Part shown: positions 24,545 through 36,758 of the stretch, one piece after another
Layout: each line of letters starts with the position of its first letter
How positions within the stretch are numbered: the stretch's first letter is position 1
NCBI GenBank assembly: GCA_024679065.1
Contig: JAGIQG010000016.1
Location: 36,146,001 to 36,210,000, forward strand
Direction: 5' to 3'
Length of the DNA: 64,000 nucleotides
From: Sphyrna mokarran
Taxonomy: Eukaryota
Translations under genes and position numbers: made by a program
The notes under the pieces: model-generated
The model's database searches: none
Told to the model about the DNA's origin: nothing
Seen by the model: the letters and a program-made list of their open reading frames with translations, nothing else

Positions 24545-24845
24545 TAGAATAATCCATAGAATCCCTACAGTGCAGGACACAGCCATTCAGCCCCTTGAGT
24601 CTGCACTGACAACAATCCCACTCAAGCCCTATCCCTGTAATCACATATATTTACCTTACTAGACCCCTGACATGAAGGGCCAATTTCCCATATTTAATCA
24701 ACCTAACCCATACATCTTTGGAGTGTGAGAGTAAAGTGGGTTACCTAGAAGAAATGCACACAGACACAGGGAGAATGTGCAAACAGTCAGTGACCCAAGG
24801 TGGAAATTGACCCCATGTCCCTGGTGCTCTGTGCCACTGTGCTGT
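24545..24845 (-). mobile_element. HE1-like V-SINE
   Basis: CATAGAATCCCTACAGTGCAG tail, ACATCTTTGG V-domain, CAGTGACCCAAG head segment. Confidence 0.9.
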
Positions 24846-25007
24846 CCTTTGAATCTCTCTGAAACATTGGCAGTAATTGACAGGTGATATTTTGTGTTAC
24901 GAAACTTTGTAAGATTTAATTGGCATAAGGTCTGGTTAGAGTCTGATTAGCAATCTTATCTGGCTAGTCCTGTAGTTGTTTTATGTTGAAAGAAGATAAT
25001 ATACAAT

Positions 25008-25396
25008 GACTAGAATTCTCCCAATTTGAGACTAAATGTCGTGGCACTTACCCAATCACATTAATTATGCACTTGGATGTTTTGCACTATATTTGGTGGC
25101 AAGGCAGACCTGCATGGCACATTGGCCAACTTCACTGACCCATATTAAAGAGACCTCCTGAAAATGAAAATACAACTGCAGCAACACTGAGGAAACCAGA
25201 GCACCCAGAGGAAATCCATATAGACACAGGGAGAATGTGCAAATTCCACACAGACAGTGACCCAAGCCAGAAATTGAACCCGGTTTCTTCACACTGTGAG
25301 GCAGCAGTACTAACCACTGTGCTGCCTTGTTGCACAAGATGCTCACTAATTCCATAACTGAATTCCTTGTGAACTCACGTGGGATTAAATCAGCCC
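25008..25396. mobile_element. MITE-like element with a nested V-SINE 5' half (25188-25326, minus strand)
   Basis: AGAATTCTCCC start and TAAATCAGCCC end; nested GAGGAAACCAGAGCACCC...AACCACTGTGCTGCC. Confidence 0.6.
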
Positions 25397-25984
25397 ACTA
25401 TAAACTATGCAGACTGTACCCAGGATGTATAAAGGTTCGACCACAAAAAGACGCTACTTAGTTTGCCTGTATATTTATTTTATCATGTTCAACATTTGTC
25501 TTTAATGTGTATGTAGGTGTTAACAGTGGGGTGAAGGCTTGAAAGAAAAAAGCTTTGACAGTCTGGTGCTGGTTGAAATGCAAAATTGCCAATAATCTGG
25601 AAAATCACTGATGATTTTTTTTCTGTGTCTTGAATATTATCCCACATAACATTTTAGTAGATAAGTAGACAATGATTCATGAGGTAAAATCAGTAAAACA
25701 AGAATATATGAGAAAGGAATTGATGTTTTGATATGAGACTTACTGTACTTTTTTTAATCTTACTATGTGTCATTCTGTAGATATTGCAGGATGATGGAAA
25801 TGTCCGCATGGTCCAGTGGTGTTTCAATAAACATGTAATGACCATATCACTTACATGTCCAGCTGTCCTCTTGTACACTGAATTGCTTTTCTGTGAGGCT
25901 TGTGTTTTCATTCTTTCTTCTTGGGATAGGAGAGGGGATCCACGGAGTTCTGGAATTGTAAATCCCACAGATTTTTTTCACATT

Positions 25985-26182
25985 AAGAAGTCACACAATA
26001 CCAGATTAAAGTCCAGCAGGTTTATTTGGTAACACAAGCTTTCAGAGCACTACCCCTTCATCAGGTGATAAGAGGCAGTGCTCCAAAAGCTGCTGCTACC
26101 AAATAAACCTGTTGGACTTTTACCTGGTGTTGTGAGACTTCTTGCTGTGCTACTCCAGTTCAATGCCGGCATCTCCGCATCA
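25985..26182. mobile_element. Penelope-like palindromic terminal repeat
   Basis: Inverted arms AAGAAGTCACACAATACCAG...CTGGTGTTGTGAGACTTCTT (25985-26143); homologous to 18422-18650. Confidence 0.8.
26031..26070 (-). ncRNA. Minimal type I hammerhead ribozyme motif
   Basis: Minus strand reads CAC-CUGAUGA-AGGGGUAGUGCUCU-GAAA-GC-UU-GUG: both catalytic boxes, a stem II, palindromic AGCU helix III and CAC/GUG stem I. Confidence 0.65.
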
Positions 26183-26397
26183 TTTTTACACATAATGCCC
26201 ATATGAATTGATGATTTGTCAATCATAGTATACTACGGAAGATTTGATTTTCAATTCATCGTCTCAACACTAAATTGTGTCCATTGTGCACAGTGCACTG
26301 TAAAGTCATCTTAATGGCAACATAAATAAAATTGATAGCAAATTGTGACTTAAGCCTTGTTAGCATGGATGAAGCACAATAAATTACAGGACTTGTT

Positions 26398-26645
26398 GGG
26401 TGGGATTTTCTGGTCTTGCTCGCCCTGAAAGCGGAAAATCCCGCCTGAGGTCAACAGATCTCTCCATGGTCTGTCCCTCGCCTGCTCTAATTCTTGTGGA
26501 ATTCGGGACGATAAAATTCGCTGTTATATTTTTATGGTATTCCACACATGTATTGGAATTTTAGTGGCTCGCTCGCCCAAGGTTCGTAAGCTCCCACTCA
26601 ACACCAACAGAGAATCTGTTCTGTGAGCTTCGCCCACCTTGGGCC
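26398..26645. mobile_element. Two adjacent short MITEs (26398-26524 and ~26553-26645)
   Basis: GGGTGGGATTTTCTGG...TAAAATTCGC; the second, GGAATTTTAGTGGCTCGCTCGCCCAAGG, is homologous to 37621-37746. Confidence 0.65.
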
Positions 26646-27595
26646 ATGGGCTTAGTTATGGTGGAGCAGAAATGAGACAGTAACATAATTTTCCTGCTAA
26701 CTTTAAGTGATTAGATATCTGGAAAACTCCTGAAAGATAGATGTGAAGCAAGAAAAAAAGCTGATCCAAAAAGAAAGAGAACTTACTGCAGTCATGCTAT
26801 ATAAATGTACGTCCCAAAGCACTGAAGCATATAGCTGCTAGACTTAGCTGACATGCTGCTGGGATTTGGGATCATTTTTACTTGATTCACCTTGCTTTAA
26901 CAGAATGGTAATAACCTCAAAACAGGATTGTTAACTTTATCACTCTGTTAACCCTGTTGATGCTTCTGGCTCCATAATGAAACTAGTCTGTCACTAGATG
27001 TCAAAAGCTTCTTATTTAGGTTGTAGAAATCTTTTAATTTGCAGATTGAGTTCCTATGGTATTAATAGGGTCTAAGTTGCCATGTTTGGTTAGAAATAGT
27101 CACATTACGTACCATGCAGGCTATAATCAGCTTCAAAGTTGATGCATCAGAACAGGCACAACACAGGTTGGCAAGGATGCTCTTCTGGAATTTTCAAAAA
27201 TAATCTGGGCTGCTGCCACCCTGATGAAGTCTTGTCATATTCAGGACTCGGGCTACGCACTACCCTACCCTCACTCCCCAAACTTACCTGGCTGATGATT
27301 GGGAGACTTAACTTTGGCAGGTCTCAATCCAGCAAATTGCATCAGAATATCTGTTTGGCTTCCGTCTCTCTTCAGTGGCCCCTATTGATTTGCCACAACA
27401 AAAGTGAGATCAAATTTGGATGGCTATCCAAAGTTCTGTGCTTTCCACAGAAACGTGTTTCAGTTAACTGTATTCTCATCTTAATTCCTTTGACTTCAAG
27501 GTCGAATTAAAATTTTTTTTTACCCTCAGATTTTCCATTTCTAATTCATTTGACTTGTACGTGCTGTCTCAGTTGGACCAGCGATAAAGACATCA

Positions 27596-28835
27596 GGGAC
27601 AGTTTTCCAAGTACGCTGCGCCAGGCTCAGATTGCACCAATCCTGGAAAGTAGCGTGCGGTTCTAAAAATTGGTTCCAGGCTTGTGGCCAAATGCTTTAC
27701 AATCATACTGGTCCCATTCTAAGGGTGTGAGGCCAATTAGCGTATTTAAAGTAGTATGTAAATACACTTAGTCCATTCAGCACTGTATTCTCCCAGCTCC
27801 TGGGATCTTCTGAACCTTGGGCTCAGCGTGAGACTGGTGAGATTAACTACTGATCTCCACCAGCATGCAGTAAACGCAGTGGCCAGGCTCAGAGAAGAGG
27901 CCCAGAGGCCATTGAAGCACCAGTCGGTCAGGGACATGGCAGGGCAGTGCCCTCCTGACACCTGGATAATGCCAGTCAAGCACGACCATTGTACCAGAGC
28001 AGTGCTGATGATGTGGGGCCATCGTGGGAGCCATAACCAGGGGTGCCACAATGGGAGAGGGAAGTGGGAGGTGGCTGTGCAGGAGTGTAACATAAAGTGA
28101 GGTAAATTGGAGATCATGATAGGGAGTTACAGATGGGGACCCATAGGGCAGGCCCCAATGCTGACTACTCTGTCAGGGAGGGACAGGGGAAACATATTGT
28201 CAATGAAAGATGTCCCAATGTTCATGGGAGTATGGAAGAGGGTCTCCTAGTGCACTATAAGATCGGGGCATCCGTGAAAAACGATACCTGATGCTCTGCA
28301 GCCAAACTTAGTGGGGTTTATAGATACTGTGCCCCAGTACCAGTGTGCAACTCACTGCTGTCCCAAAAAGTGACTGAGTTATGGGACAATTGCAGCCTGA
28401 AGGGTGCTGGACGGAGCAATGTGGCTCACTCTGGTATTATAGAATCACAGAATCACTAATGTGCAGAAAGAGACCATTCCTCGAGTCAGCACTGTCTCTC
28501 TGATGGAATATCATACCCAAGCCCTATCTCTGTAACCCCACGTATTAACTCCACATATGTATCCCACTAATCTCCCTAATCTACACACCTTGGGATTTTT
28601 AAGGAACAATTTAACATGGTAAATCCACCTAACTGCACATATTTAGACTGTGAAACGAAACCAGAGCACCTAGAGGAAACCCATGCAGATATGGCAAGAA
28701 CGTGCAAGTCCACACAGATTTCACCTAAAGCTAGAATCGAACCCAGGTCCATGGTGCTGTGAGGTAGCAGTGCTAACCGCTCACCATTACTCTCACCGTT
28801 ATGACATTTAGTTTCATTTTGGAAAAATTACACCC
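27596..28835. mobile_element. Harbinger-like non-autonomous element with nested SINE
   Basis: Termini GGGACAGTTTTCCAA...TTGGAAAAATTACACCC; GC-rich interior. Confidence 0.6.
28438..28785 (-). mobile_element. HE1-like V-SINE
   Basis: TAGAATCACAGAATCAC tail, GAGGAAACCCATGCAGA, GGTAGCAGTGCTAACC head. Confidence 0.88.
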
Positions 28836-31044
28836 ACCATTTCTTCAATGTTGAAGCTGTCTAACAATTGCTATCCTGTGAGACATTTTGAGAATTTTCA
28901 CTATCTGACTTCCTTTTTGAACAGAGAACAGTAGTTATCATTAGTCAGGCTCTGAGACCCAGACCTGACAGTGTCCTGATCAGCTCTCTTTGCCAAAAAG
29001 TTGATTTCCTGTTTGCCGGAGTCATTTATCATAGACCCTCCCATCTGTGCTGTTTGCCTTTGACAGAATGACATGTGTCATTTATCATATCCGTTGTAAA
29101 AGGCTGCGGGAATGGGAATTGAAATTCTTTTGGAAATGCTGGGTATGCAGTGCCTGATGATTAGGATGGTCTTGTCGTGGAATTGCTCTGTATGTCTGCA
29201 ATTACTAAGACAGAGAAATTTCCAGTGAAGTTATCGACTTCTCTCAGGAAAAATGGTGTCAGTTTATTTTGGTTATGTACCAAATTTTGCAGTAGGCTAA
29301 AAGCTCCACTTTAGTGACCCACTTTGTTGGAAATAATATTTCTATTGGGAATTGATGACCTGCAGATAGAAACCCCAGTTTTCACCCAAAATGCTGGTAA
29401 ATGACAAATTCCCTTTGATGTTTTCAGTAATGCTTTTGAAGAGGTTAAACTTGGCAGCCTTTGTGCATTTTGCTTTCTTTCTTCAATATCTTCAGAAATA
29501 CTTATTGAGGAGATTGTTGCGTTCTGCTGTACTGGACATCATTGTGGCCATTGTTTGACTGTTCTATGATATTGCCATACTGGCAATTGTCCACGATCCT
29601 TTTGGACAAACGACTACCTTAAGGACCTAAAGCTAACTTATATATTGATTGCGATTCATCTTGCTGTTATGAAAATCACATTCAGAGTTTTTCATCAGAC
29701 AAATTCATATCAAATCAAGTAGGACAAATAAAACGATTATGAACGTCACTTCCCAAAATGAAGTACTAGAAATGAACACTAAAATATTATGAGGGCTATA
29801 GGGCCAAATTACTTATAAAACTGGGCCAAACAGCCTTTTTATAAAAGTAGGTCAAATTACCGGAGAACCAAGGTGAGCCTTCTAACTAGTCGACCTCAGC
29901 ACCTGCTGTCTCTGTCTGAACTGCCCCTGGAGGTGGCAAGCCCATCTCAATCGCAGCCCAGCCTCCCCAGAGTGAAAATTGCACGTGACAGGGCCTTTGA
30001 TATCGAGGCAGATCTGCCAATTTGGGGAAGTTTCTGATGAAAGCTACTGGTCTCTGTCGGAGAGAATACAGTCTTAAGTGTACTTGAGAGTTAACTGTGG
30101 CATCCATCAGTGTTTTAACCTTTAAAATAAATAATTTCAATGGAAAATAGGTCCAATAATGCAGAAACAAATCAAATGTTTCTTGTTTCTACTGTTTTGT
30201 ATCAAATTGCACAAGCTACAGAAAAAACTTATGTAATTTGCTGCTATTCCACCGCCCCCCACCACTCCACATAATATTAGTGGGAAAAATTATACACGAG
30301 TGAATTTAGCGCATCAACTCAAGTTGAAAAGCAGAGCGTTACTACATCACTGACATTTCAGGACGACCACTAAACTTGATGTCCCAACACTATGAATACT
30401 TGTCGCTGTTCCTGTGTAAAATGATAACAAGTGTAATGCTTTAATCTATTTTACATGATTTTGTGCTTCTTTCCCTACACTGACACAGTAATAAAAGGAG
30501 ATTCACCTTCTAGATTCATTTTGTTCATGAACAAGATCCTTCCATTTCCTCATGAAACTGAATTTTGAGGTCTTACCGATAATATTCAGCTTAATTGAGA
30601 ACTCTTGCTTTTTACATTTCCTTAACTAATTCTAATTGAGCTTGCCTCAAGTACACTCATGCTAGAAGAACAGAATAGATTGGCCCAGTGCAACCTCATC
30701 TGTCCTCGCAGCTATGAAAGGATATGCAAATTGTCTAATCTGTAAATTGACGGTAATTGTACTTCGTAATATCTTGCCATGTAGATTTAATATTTTTAAA
30801 TGGTTGTGCAGTGTTGGGGTGATCAACGACAAAGCAATTATTTCAATGTTTTTAAAACACTTTAAACACTGAAGTGTTCATATTCCACATTTAAAGACTC
30901 ACTGAAGTGTTGTAGGTGCAGAGAATAGTTATCTCAAGACTCGCTGACTAAATTCATTATTATATATTGTTTAATGATGAAATATTTGTTAATGAAAGCA
31001 AAATACTTTTTATAATCCATCAACCCAGAGAGAATGCTCGAGAT

Positions 31045-31165
31045 GCGATTGGATGATACAGTGGATTAGACAGCGGCCTTTCCCTCCAAGGGTGTAAGTC
31101 CAGACCAGACGAATGGAGGGAAAGTTTCATGATGAAATGAGTTTGAGAAGCCTTAATGCAGAAAG
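31045..31165 (+). mobile_element. Ancient tRNA-derived SINE head, possibly LF-SINE-like
   Basis: Ordered blocks CAGTGGATT, GCCTTTCCCTC, TCCAGACCAG, GAAAGT and TGAAATGAGTT resemble the remembered LF-SINE 5' region. Confidence 0.35.
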
Positions 31166-32317
31166 TGATGAAACCTTGGTGCAGAATTGGAGCATAATAT
31201 TAAACATAACTTACTCACCCTTCATACCCTAATGTTGTCCATTGCCTGCCCTGAGACCCCTACCACTGCTCACCACCCACTCCACTTCCTCCACGATTGC
31301 ACCTATAATTGAGCGCAGTTTCTAATGGGCAGCACAAAACTGCCCTCTAGTTGACACTCGTCGCAATCTCAGTCAGTGTTTCATCTGTTTCTTTAATGTT
31401 AACAAATTTTAAAAAGGGATGCTACTGAAAGGAAGAAACGTCAACAGAGTGAGGGGCAAAAAAAATGTGTCTGTACCTTGTATGCTCATTTCGTGATACA
31501 GTCTGATTGAAAATTGAGGATTTGACTCCAGGTTTTGAGTTACCAATGTAACTGAAATAGGTGAGGTGAGGATTTCTACCTTATTGTCTGTGAATATCTT
31601 TGGGGAAGAGGTAGAGGATGGAACAGTTATACTGGAAGGGAAAGGAGGCCCAAAACTTTGAATATATATTACTCCAGATAAGAAATGCAGGTATTAAGAG
31701 TCAACAACCAAGCCATGAAAGAGGAGATATGTAAGGGGAAAGTTGAGGCTCTCCAGAAAAATCATCAACTAAGGTTCTCCATTCCCCTCAAAATTTATGC
31801 AAGCAGATACCTTAATGCTCCTGGAAGGATTTGTTTGAAGTTTGGACATCTGATGATTTCCTTTTTGCATAAGTCATTGAATACAGAAATGGATGTGACT
31901 AATTTAAATTGCTTGTGGTGACTATATTTGTTTAGTTGGTGCGGTTGTGCCTTTGTGAGGTGAATTTCTCGATGGATATTTCAGCTACTAAAAGTTGCCC
32001 CAGTTGAGATTGTTATAGGTCAAATGGTCAAATGATTGAATGTTTGACAAGCACAGTCCCTACTGCCTGTAACAAATCTTGATTGATCTATATCAGAATC
32101 AGGATATGGCTGATTTATGACTTTCAAAGGTGCTACGATCACGTCTGCAAGGCTGTATGATGGCACTAGGCAGCTAACTGACCTGACAGTCTAACAACCT
32201 ATGCTTGTGTGATAAGATCTACCAGCTTTCTTTTATAATACCTGCTCAGTCCGTAATGCAAACACCTGAGCATTGCTTAAGCCATATTGTGGCTATTAGC
32301 AATGAATGCAGGTACTT

Positions 32318-32669
32318 TTAGAACCATGGAATTCTTACAGTGTAAAAGGAACCGATCGGCACTTCAAATCTGCATTAATTCTCCAAAAGAGCACCTTACC
32401 TAGGCCCAAATGCCCACCCTATCCCTATAACTCTGCCCATTTACATGACTAAGCCTAACATATACATCTTTGGACACTAAGGGACAATTTAGCATGGCCA
32501 TTGCAACTATCCTGCACATCTTTTGTATATGGTAAGAAACCAGACCATCCAGAGGAAACACACGCAGACAAGTGGGAGAGTATGCAAATTCCACACAGTC
32601 ACCCAAAGCCAGAATTGAACTCAGGTCTCTGTTACTGTGAGGCAGCAGTGCTAACCACTGTGCCACCCT
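32318..32669 (-). mobile_element. HE1-like V-SINE, full length
   Basis: GACACTAAGGGACAATTTAGCATGGCCA...GGCAGCAGTGCTAACCACTGTGCCACC. Confidence 0.92.
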
Positions 32670-32811
32670 TAGGCCTTTAAAATTGGGGGAAAAATATTCC
32701 AACTTCCCCTTCTCACCCTGACATGTCAGTGCAGGCTCAATGGGCCAAATGGCTTCTTTCTGCATTGTAAGGATTCTTTGACATCAATGCTGGTCTTTCC
32801 TTGTTACTTGT

Positions 32812-33485
32812 GCAAAAGTAGGAGTAGACCATTGGGCTCTTCGAGTCTGCTCTGCCGTTCAATACGATCATGGCTGATCCTTGATCTGAGTGCCACATTC
32901 CTGTTTTCTCTCCGCACTGCTTGCTGGCATTAAAATCTAAAAAAGTACTATTTATCTTTTTCTTGAATTCATTTGTTGACTTGGTCACAAGGCCTTCTGT
33001 GATAGAGAATTCCACAGGTTCACTATCCTTTTGAGTGAAGAAATCTTTCCATCTCATAGAATCCCTATAGTACAAAAGGAGTCATTCAGCTCATCAAGTC
33101 TGTACCAATTACATTCCCAGGTCTTATCTCCATAACCCCATGCATTTACCTAGCTAGTGCCCTGAAATTAGGGTCAATTTAGCATAGCCAATCAGCCTAA
33201 CCCTGCACATCTTTGGACTGTGGGAGGAAACCCACACACACATGGGGAGAACATGCAAACTCCACACAGGCAGTGACCCGAGGCTAGAATTGAACCTGGG
33301 ACTCTGGTGCTGTGAGGCTGCAGTGCTAACCACTGTTCCCATCATATCATACCACATCTCAGTCTTAAATGGTCTACCCCATATCCTGAGACTGTACCCC
33401 CGGTTCTTGATTTCTCCAATAAGAGAAAACATCCTTCCTGCATCAAGTCTATCCAGCCCTTCAGAATTTTATCCATTTCAACCAA
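32812..33485 (-). mobile_element. CR1 LINE 3' end with nested HE1-like SINE (33056-33340, minus strand)
   Basis: GTAGGAGTAGACCATT...GATCATGGCTGATC...GTGAAGAAATCTTTCCATCTC, then SINE, then CATCTCAGTCTTAAATGG; CATCTC is repeated either side of the SINE. Confidence 0.88.
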
Positions 33486-33727
33486 ACCGCCTCTCATTTT
33501 CCATTGCATAACAACTCTTCACTAATGACAGACACTCAGTACTTTTTGGGTCTGTTTCTATTTATGTAGCATATCAGGTAAATATAGCAAGCCTTCTGTG
33601 CACAATTTTTAGGTTCCTTCCTGTATAAACCAACCTGTTTTTGTACTATGAGCTGTTTCTGATGATATGGTTCGTTTTTCTTCTTTTGTCTGTCAGGTAT
33701 GGAGCAACAGCTATAATTTTACATGAA

Positions 33728-34020
33728 GGGCAGTACGGTGGCACTATGATGGCACTGCTACCTCAGTGCCAGAGACCCAGGTTTGATTCTGGCTTTGAGT
33801 GACTGTCTGAATGGAGTTTGCACATTTTCTCTATCTGTGTCGATTTACTCTGAGTGCTCCAGTTTCCTCCCACGGTCCAAAGATATGTAAATTTAGGTGG
33901 ATTGGCCACAGTAAAGTTTGCAGGGTTACGGGATAGGGGGAGGGAGCCGTTGCTGATTAGTCTTTTAGTGAGGCATTGCAGACTTGGTGAGTGGAATGGC
34001 ACGGTGTTTTCACTATAGAG
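33728..34020 (+). mobile_element. HE1-like V-SINE
   Basis: GGGCAGTACGGTGGCAC...GGTTTGATTCTGGC...GTTTCCTCCCACGGTCCAAAGATATG. Confidence 0.9.
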
Positions 34021-35619
34021 ATTAATTACCATGTTTGTATATTTGTGAGCTGTTCTGTAAATCATTGGTAACTTTTCCATTAAAGGTTATTGATATATGC
34101 AGAGCTTGAATACTAAATAAAGCTTTTCCCAATTTTGTTAAGTCGTAATCAGCAAATATTGCAACTTCCACTTACTGTATTAAATAATCATTACTGTGCG
34201 TGTTTTCTTGCTATTTCATTCTAAAGAAATGCTTATTAAAAAAACTCAAAGTTCCCAAGATTTATTTAGTAATTCCTAAAATATAATATAAAACTAGCAC
34301 TTAATGTGTTTTTCTAAAATCAGGAGCTGACTTAGGGCGAAAGAAAATGCCACAATGGTGCTGTGAAGTCCACTGTACCGCGAGGGTAGAGTACAGGGAG
34401 CTTTAACCAATGGCTGAAGTCTATCAGAGAGAATGTGTGGCTGACCTTGAGAGTTTGAGATGGAGATGCTCCATCTGTATCCTTTTCAAATTTCACAAAA
34501 GAAACTGAAAGAAAGGAGAAATCTTTGGCTTAATTTTCATGTATAAATCTATTGCATGCTTGAGTCACTTCATCCAAATGTCAGATTGCTTGTGTTTCCA
34601 TCAGATGGAAAAGACAGTGCTCAGATTTACCTTTTCTAAGCAACTCTGGGAGTCACAGCTTTTAAGAAGGAAGCCTTTCTATTAGTTTGCAGCTCATTCT
34701 GTGAGCCTGCCTATGCCCTTTTAATAGCATCTTAATCTCTACAAAGTTTTGGAAAAGGAGGAAGTTCCTATGCAGGACTTGCAGTTTGCTTTGCACTTTG
34801 CGATTTACAGCGGTACTGCCTCATCAGTTCTCTCTGCTTTGATTTTTTTTTGCATGAAGGATAGCTTGGTTATCACATGAGGCACTCTCTTGCAAAACCA
34901 GTCTTACAGAATCACACATTCTTGCATCCTTTTGTATTTTTAAAGCTTGCAAATACTGTTGATGATAAAGGATGATATTTAATGCCTGTTCTTCTGTCCA
35001 TTATTTTAACGGGGGCATTAGTCTGTTTATTTAGAAGGGGTTAGATGCCTCCATTAAAATGAAGAAATGGCATACAAATGTGTCAAGCATTCATCTACTT
35101 TTATTGGCAAGAGTAATTTCTAGCATACAGTGTCTATTTCTATCTTTTTATAAATAAAAGGATCTTGAAGTTAATGTGAAACCTTTCTAACTGATTTTTT
35201 TTTTCTTGAGAGTGGTGCTGGTGGTGAAATAGCTCTTTAAGTTGAGGTCCTGACACCATTTGTGTAAAATAAGCATTAGGAAGGCAATTTAAAATTATAT
35301 TGTGAGGCTAGCAAAAAAAAGAGCAGTTAAGAGTGATATCTGAAACGAGGAAAAAGAATGGCTTGTATAGCACAAAACACATTTCTCAGTGACATCACAT
35401 TGCACTTAAAACAATAAGTGACATTTCAATAGCCTGCTTAACATAAAGAATTTTCCCAATGTATGAAGGTGAAGGTCTACTGAAAAACCATGTGGCAGCT
35501 TTCTGTCCCATAATGCTGCGCACTGTGTTGGTCAGTTCTGTTACCTGGTGTGTCACAACATCTCTACTCTGGCATAGAAATTTCTGTCCCATTTGCTGCA
35601 GAGGATGACACTGGGCTGA

Positions 35620-36200
35620 GACAACGCATGATTCACTGACTTTTTTCCTCTCTAAGCTCGCTTTCTTTCTACTTGCCTCTTCCAAACAGAGGGCATGCCA
35701 TCTCCAAATGTCTCCCAGTAGTCTGTGTCAATATCCTTGTAGCAGAGGTATGGACACACAGGAGATTGTGACCCGGTGGTTAGTTCACCATCCAGAAGCT
35801 CTATGGCTATAAGGCCAACACCCATTTGATGAACCTTGGGATGATCCAATGCAGACGTCATTGCCTTAGCGATGAGTGTACACTGATGGAATTAGCATGC
35901 TACAAGACCTCTAAATTGGTGACTTTGATCTGCCCAAGAGATGCCTAGAATATGTCTGAGACAGAAGAGATGAAAGCTGGGATAAATAAAGGCTGGAAAG
36001 CGATTGCAGACAGAGAGTAGGATGAGACCAAGGTGAGATTTATAGACATGGAGCAGGAGTTTTCAGCTGCGCTCACCTCAAGAGTGGAAAATCTCATCCA
36101 ACAAACCTTTGCATGGTCCATGTTCCACCCACTACAATTCCCATTGGGAGTGGGACAAGAAGATTCCACCCAAGGACTTTTATTGAGTTTTAATGCATTA
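35620..36200 (-). mobile_element. RTE (BovB-like) LINE 3' relic
   Basis: Minus strand gives KVTNLEVL*HANSISVHSSLRQ*RLHW and MGVGLIAIELLDGELTTGSQSPVCPYLCYKD (cf. MEDGRIPKxLLYGELxxGxRxxGRPxLRYKD). Confidence 0.8.
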
Positions 36201-36221
36201 GATTGCAAGAGTTTTGTTTTT

Positions 36222-36758
36222 CATTCATTTATGGGACATGCACGTCACTTGCTGGCCCTTGAAAAGGTGGTGGTGAGCTGCCTTCTTGAATTCCTGCAGT
36301 CCATGTGCTGCAGATTGACCCACAATGCTGTTAGGGAGGGAATTCCAGGATCTTGACTCAGCAACTGTGAAGGAATGGCGATATATTTGTAAGTCAGGAT
36401 GGTAGTAGTTTGGAAGGGAACTTGCAGGTGGTAGTGTTCCCATCCTTCTAGATGGAAGTAGTCGTGGGTTTGGAAGATGTTGTCTAAGGATCTTTGGTGA
36501 ATTGCTGCAGTGCATCTTATAGATAGCACTGTGCTATTGAGCGTTGGTGCTCGAAGGAATGGATGTTTGTAGATGTGGTGCCAATCAAGCAGGCTACTTT
36601 GTCCTGGATGGTGTCAAGCTTCTTGAGTGTTGTTTGAGCTGCACCCATCGAAGCAATGGGGAGTATTCCATCACACTTGTGACTTGTGCCTTGTAGATGG
36701 TGGATAGGCTTTGGGAGGAGTCAGGAGGTGAGTTACTCTGCAATATTTCTTAGCCTAT
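36222..36758 (-). mobile_element. CR1-group LINE 3' part (second family)
   Basis: Minus strand gives SFTVAESRSWNSLPNSIV...LQEFKKAAHHHLFKG, the WNxLP C-terminal motif of CR1/L2-group ORF2. Confidence 0.85.

Noticed and set aside
27280-27295. ACTTACCTGGC, similar to the U1 snRNA 5' end
   Set aside because: Similarity stops after 11 nt; equally a chance reverse splice-donor match.
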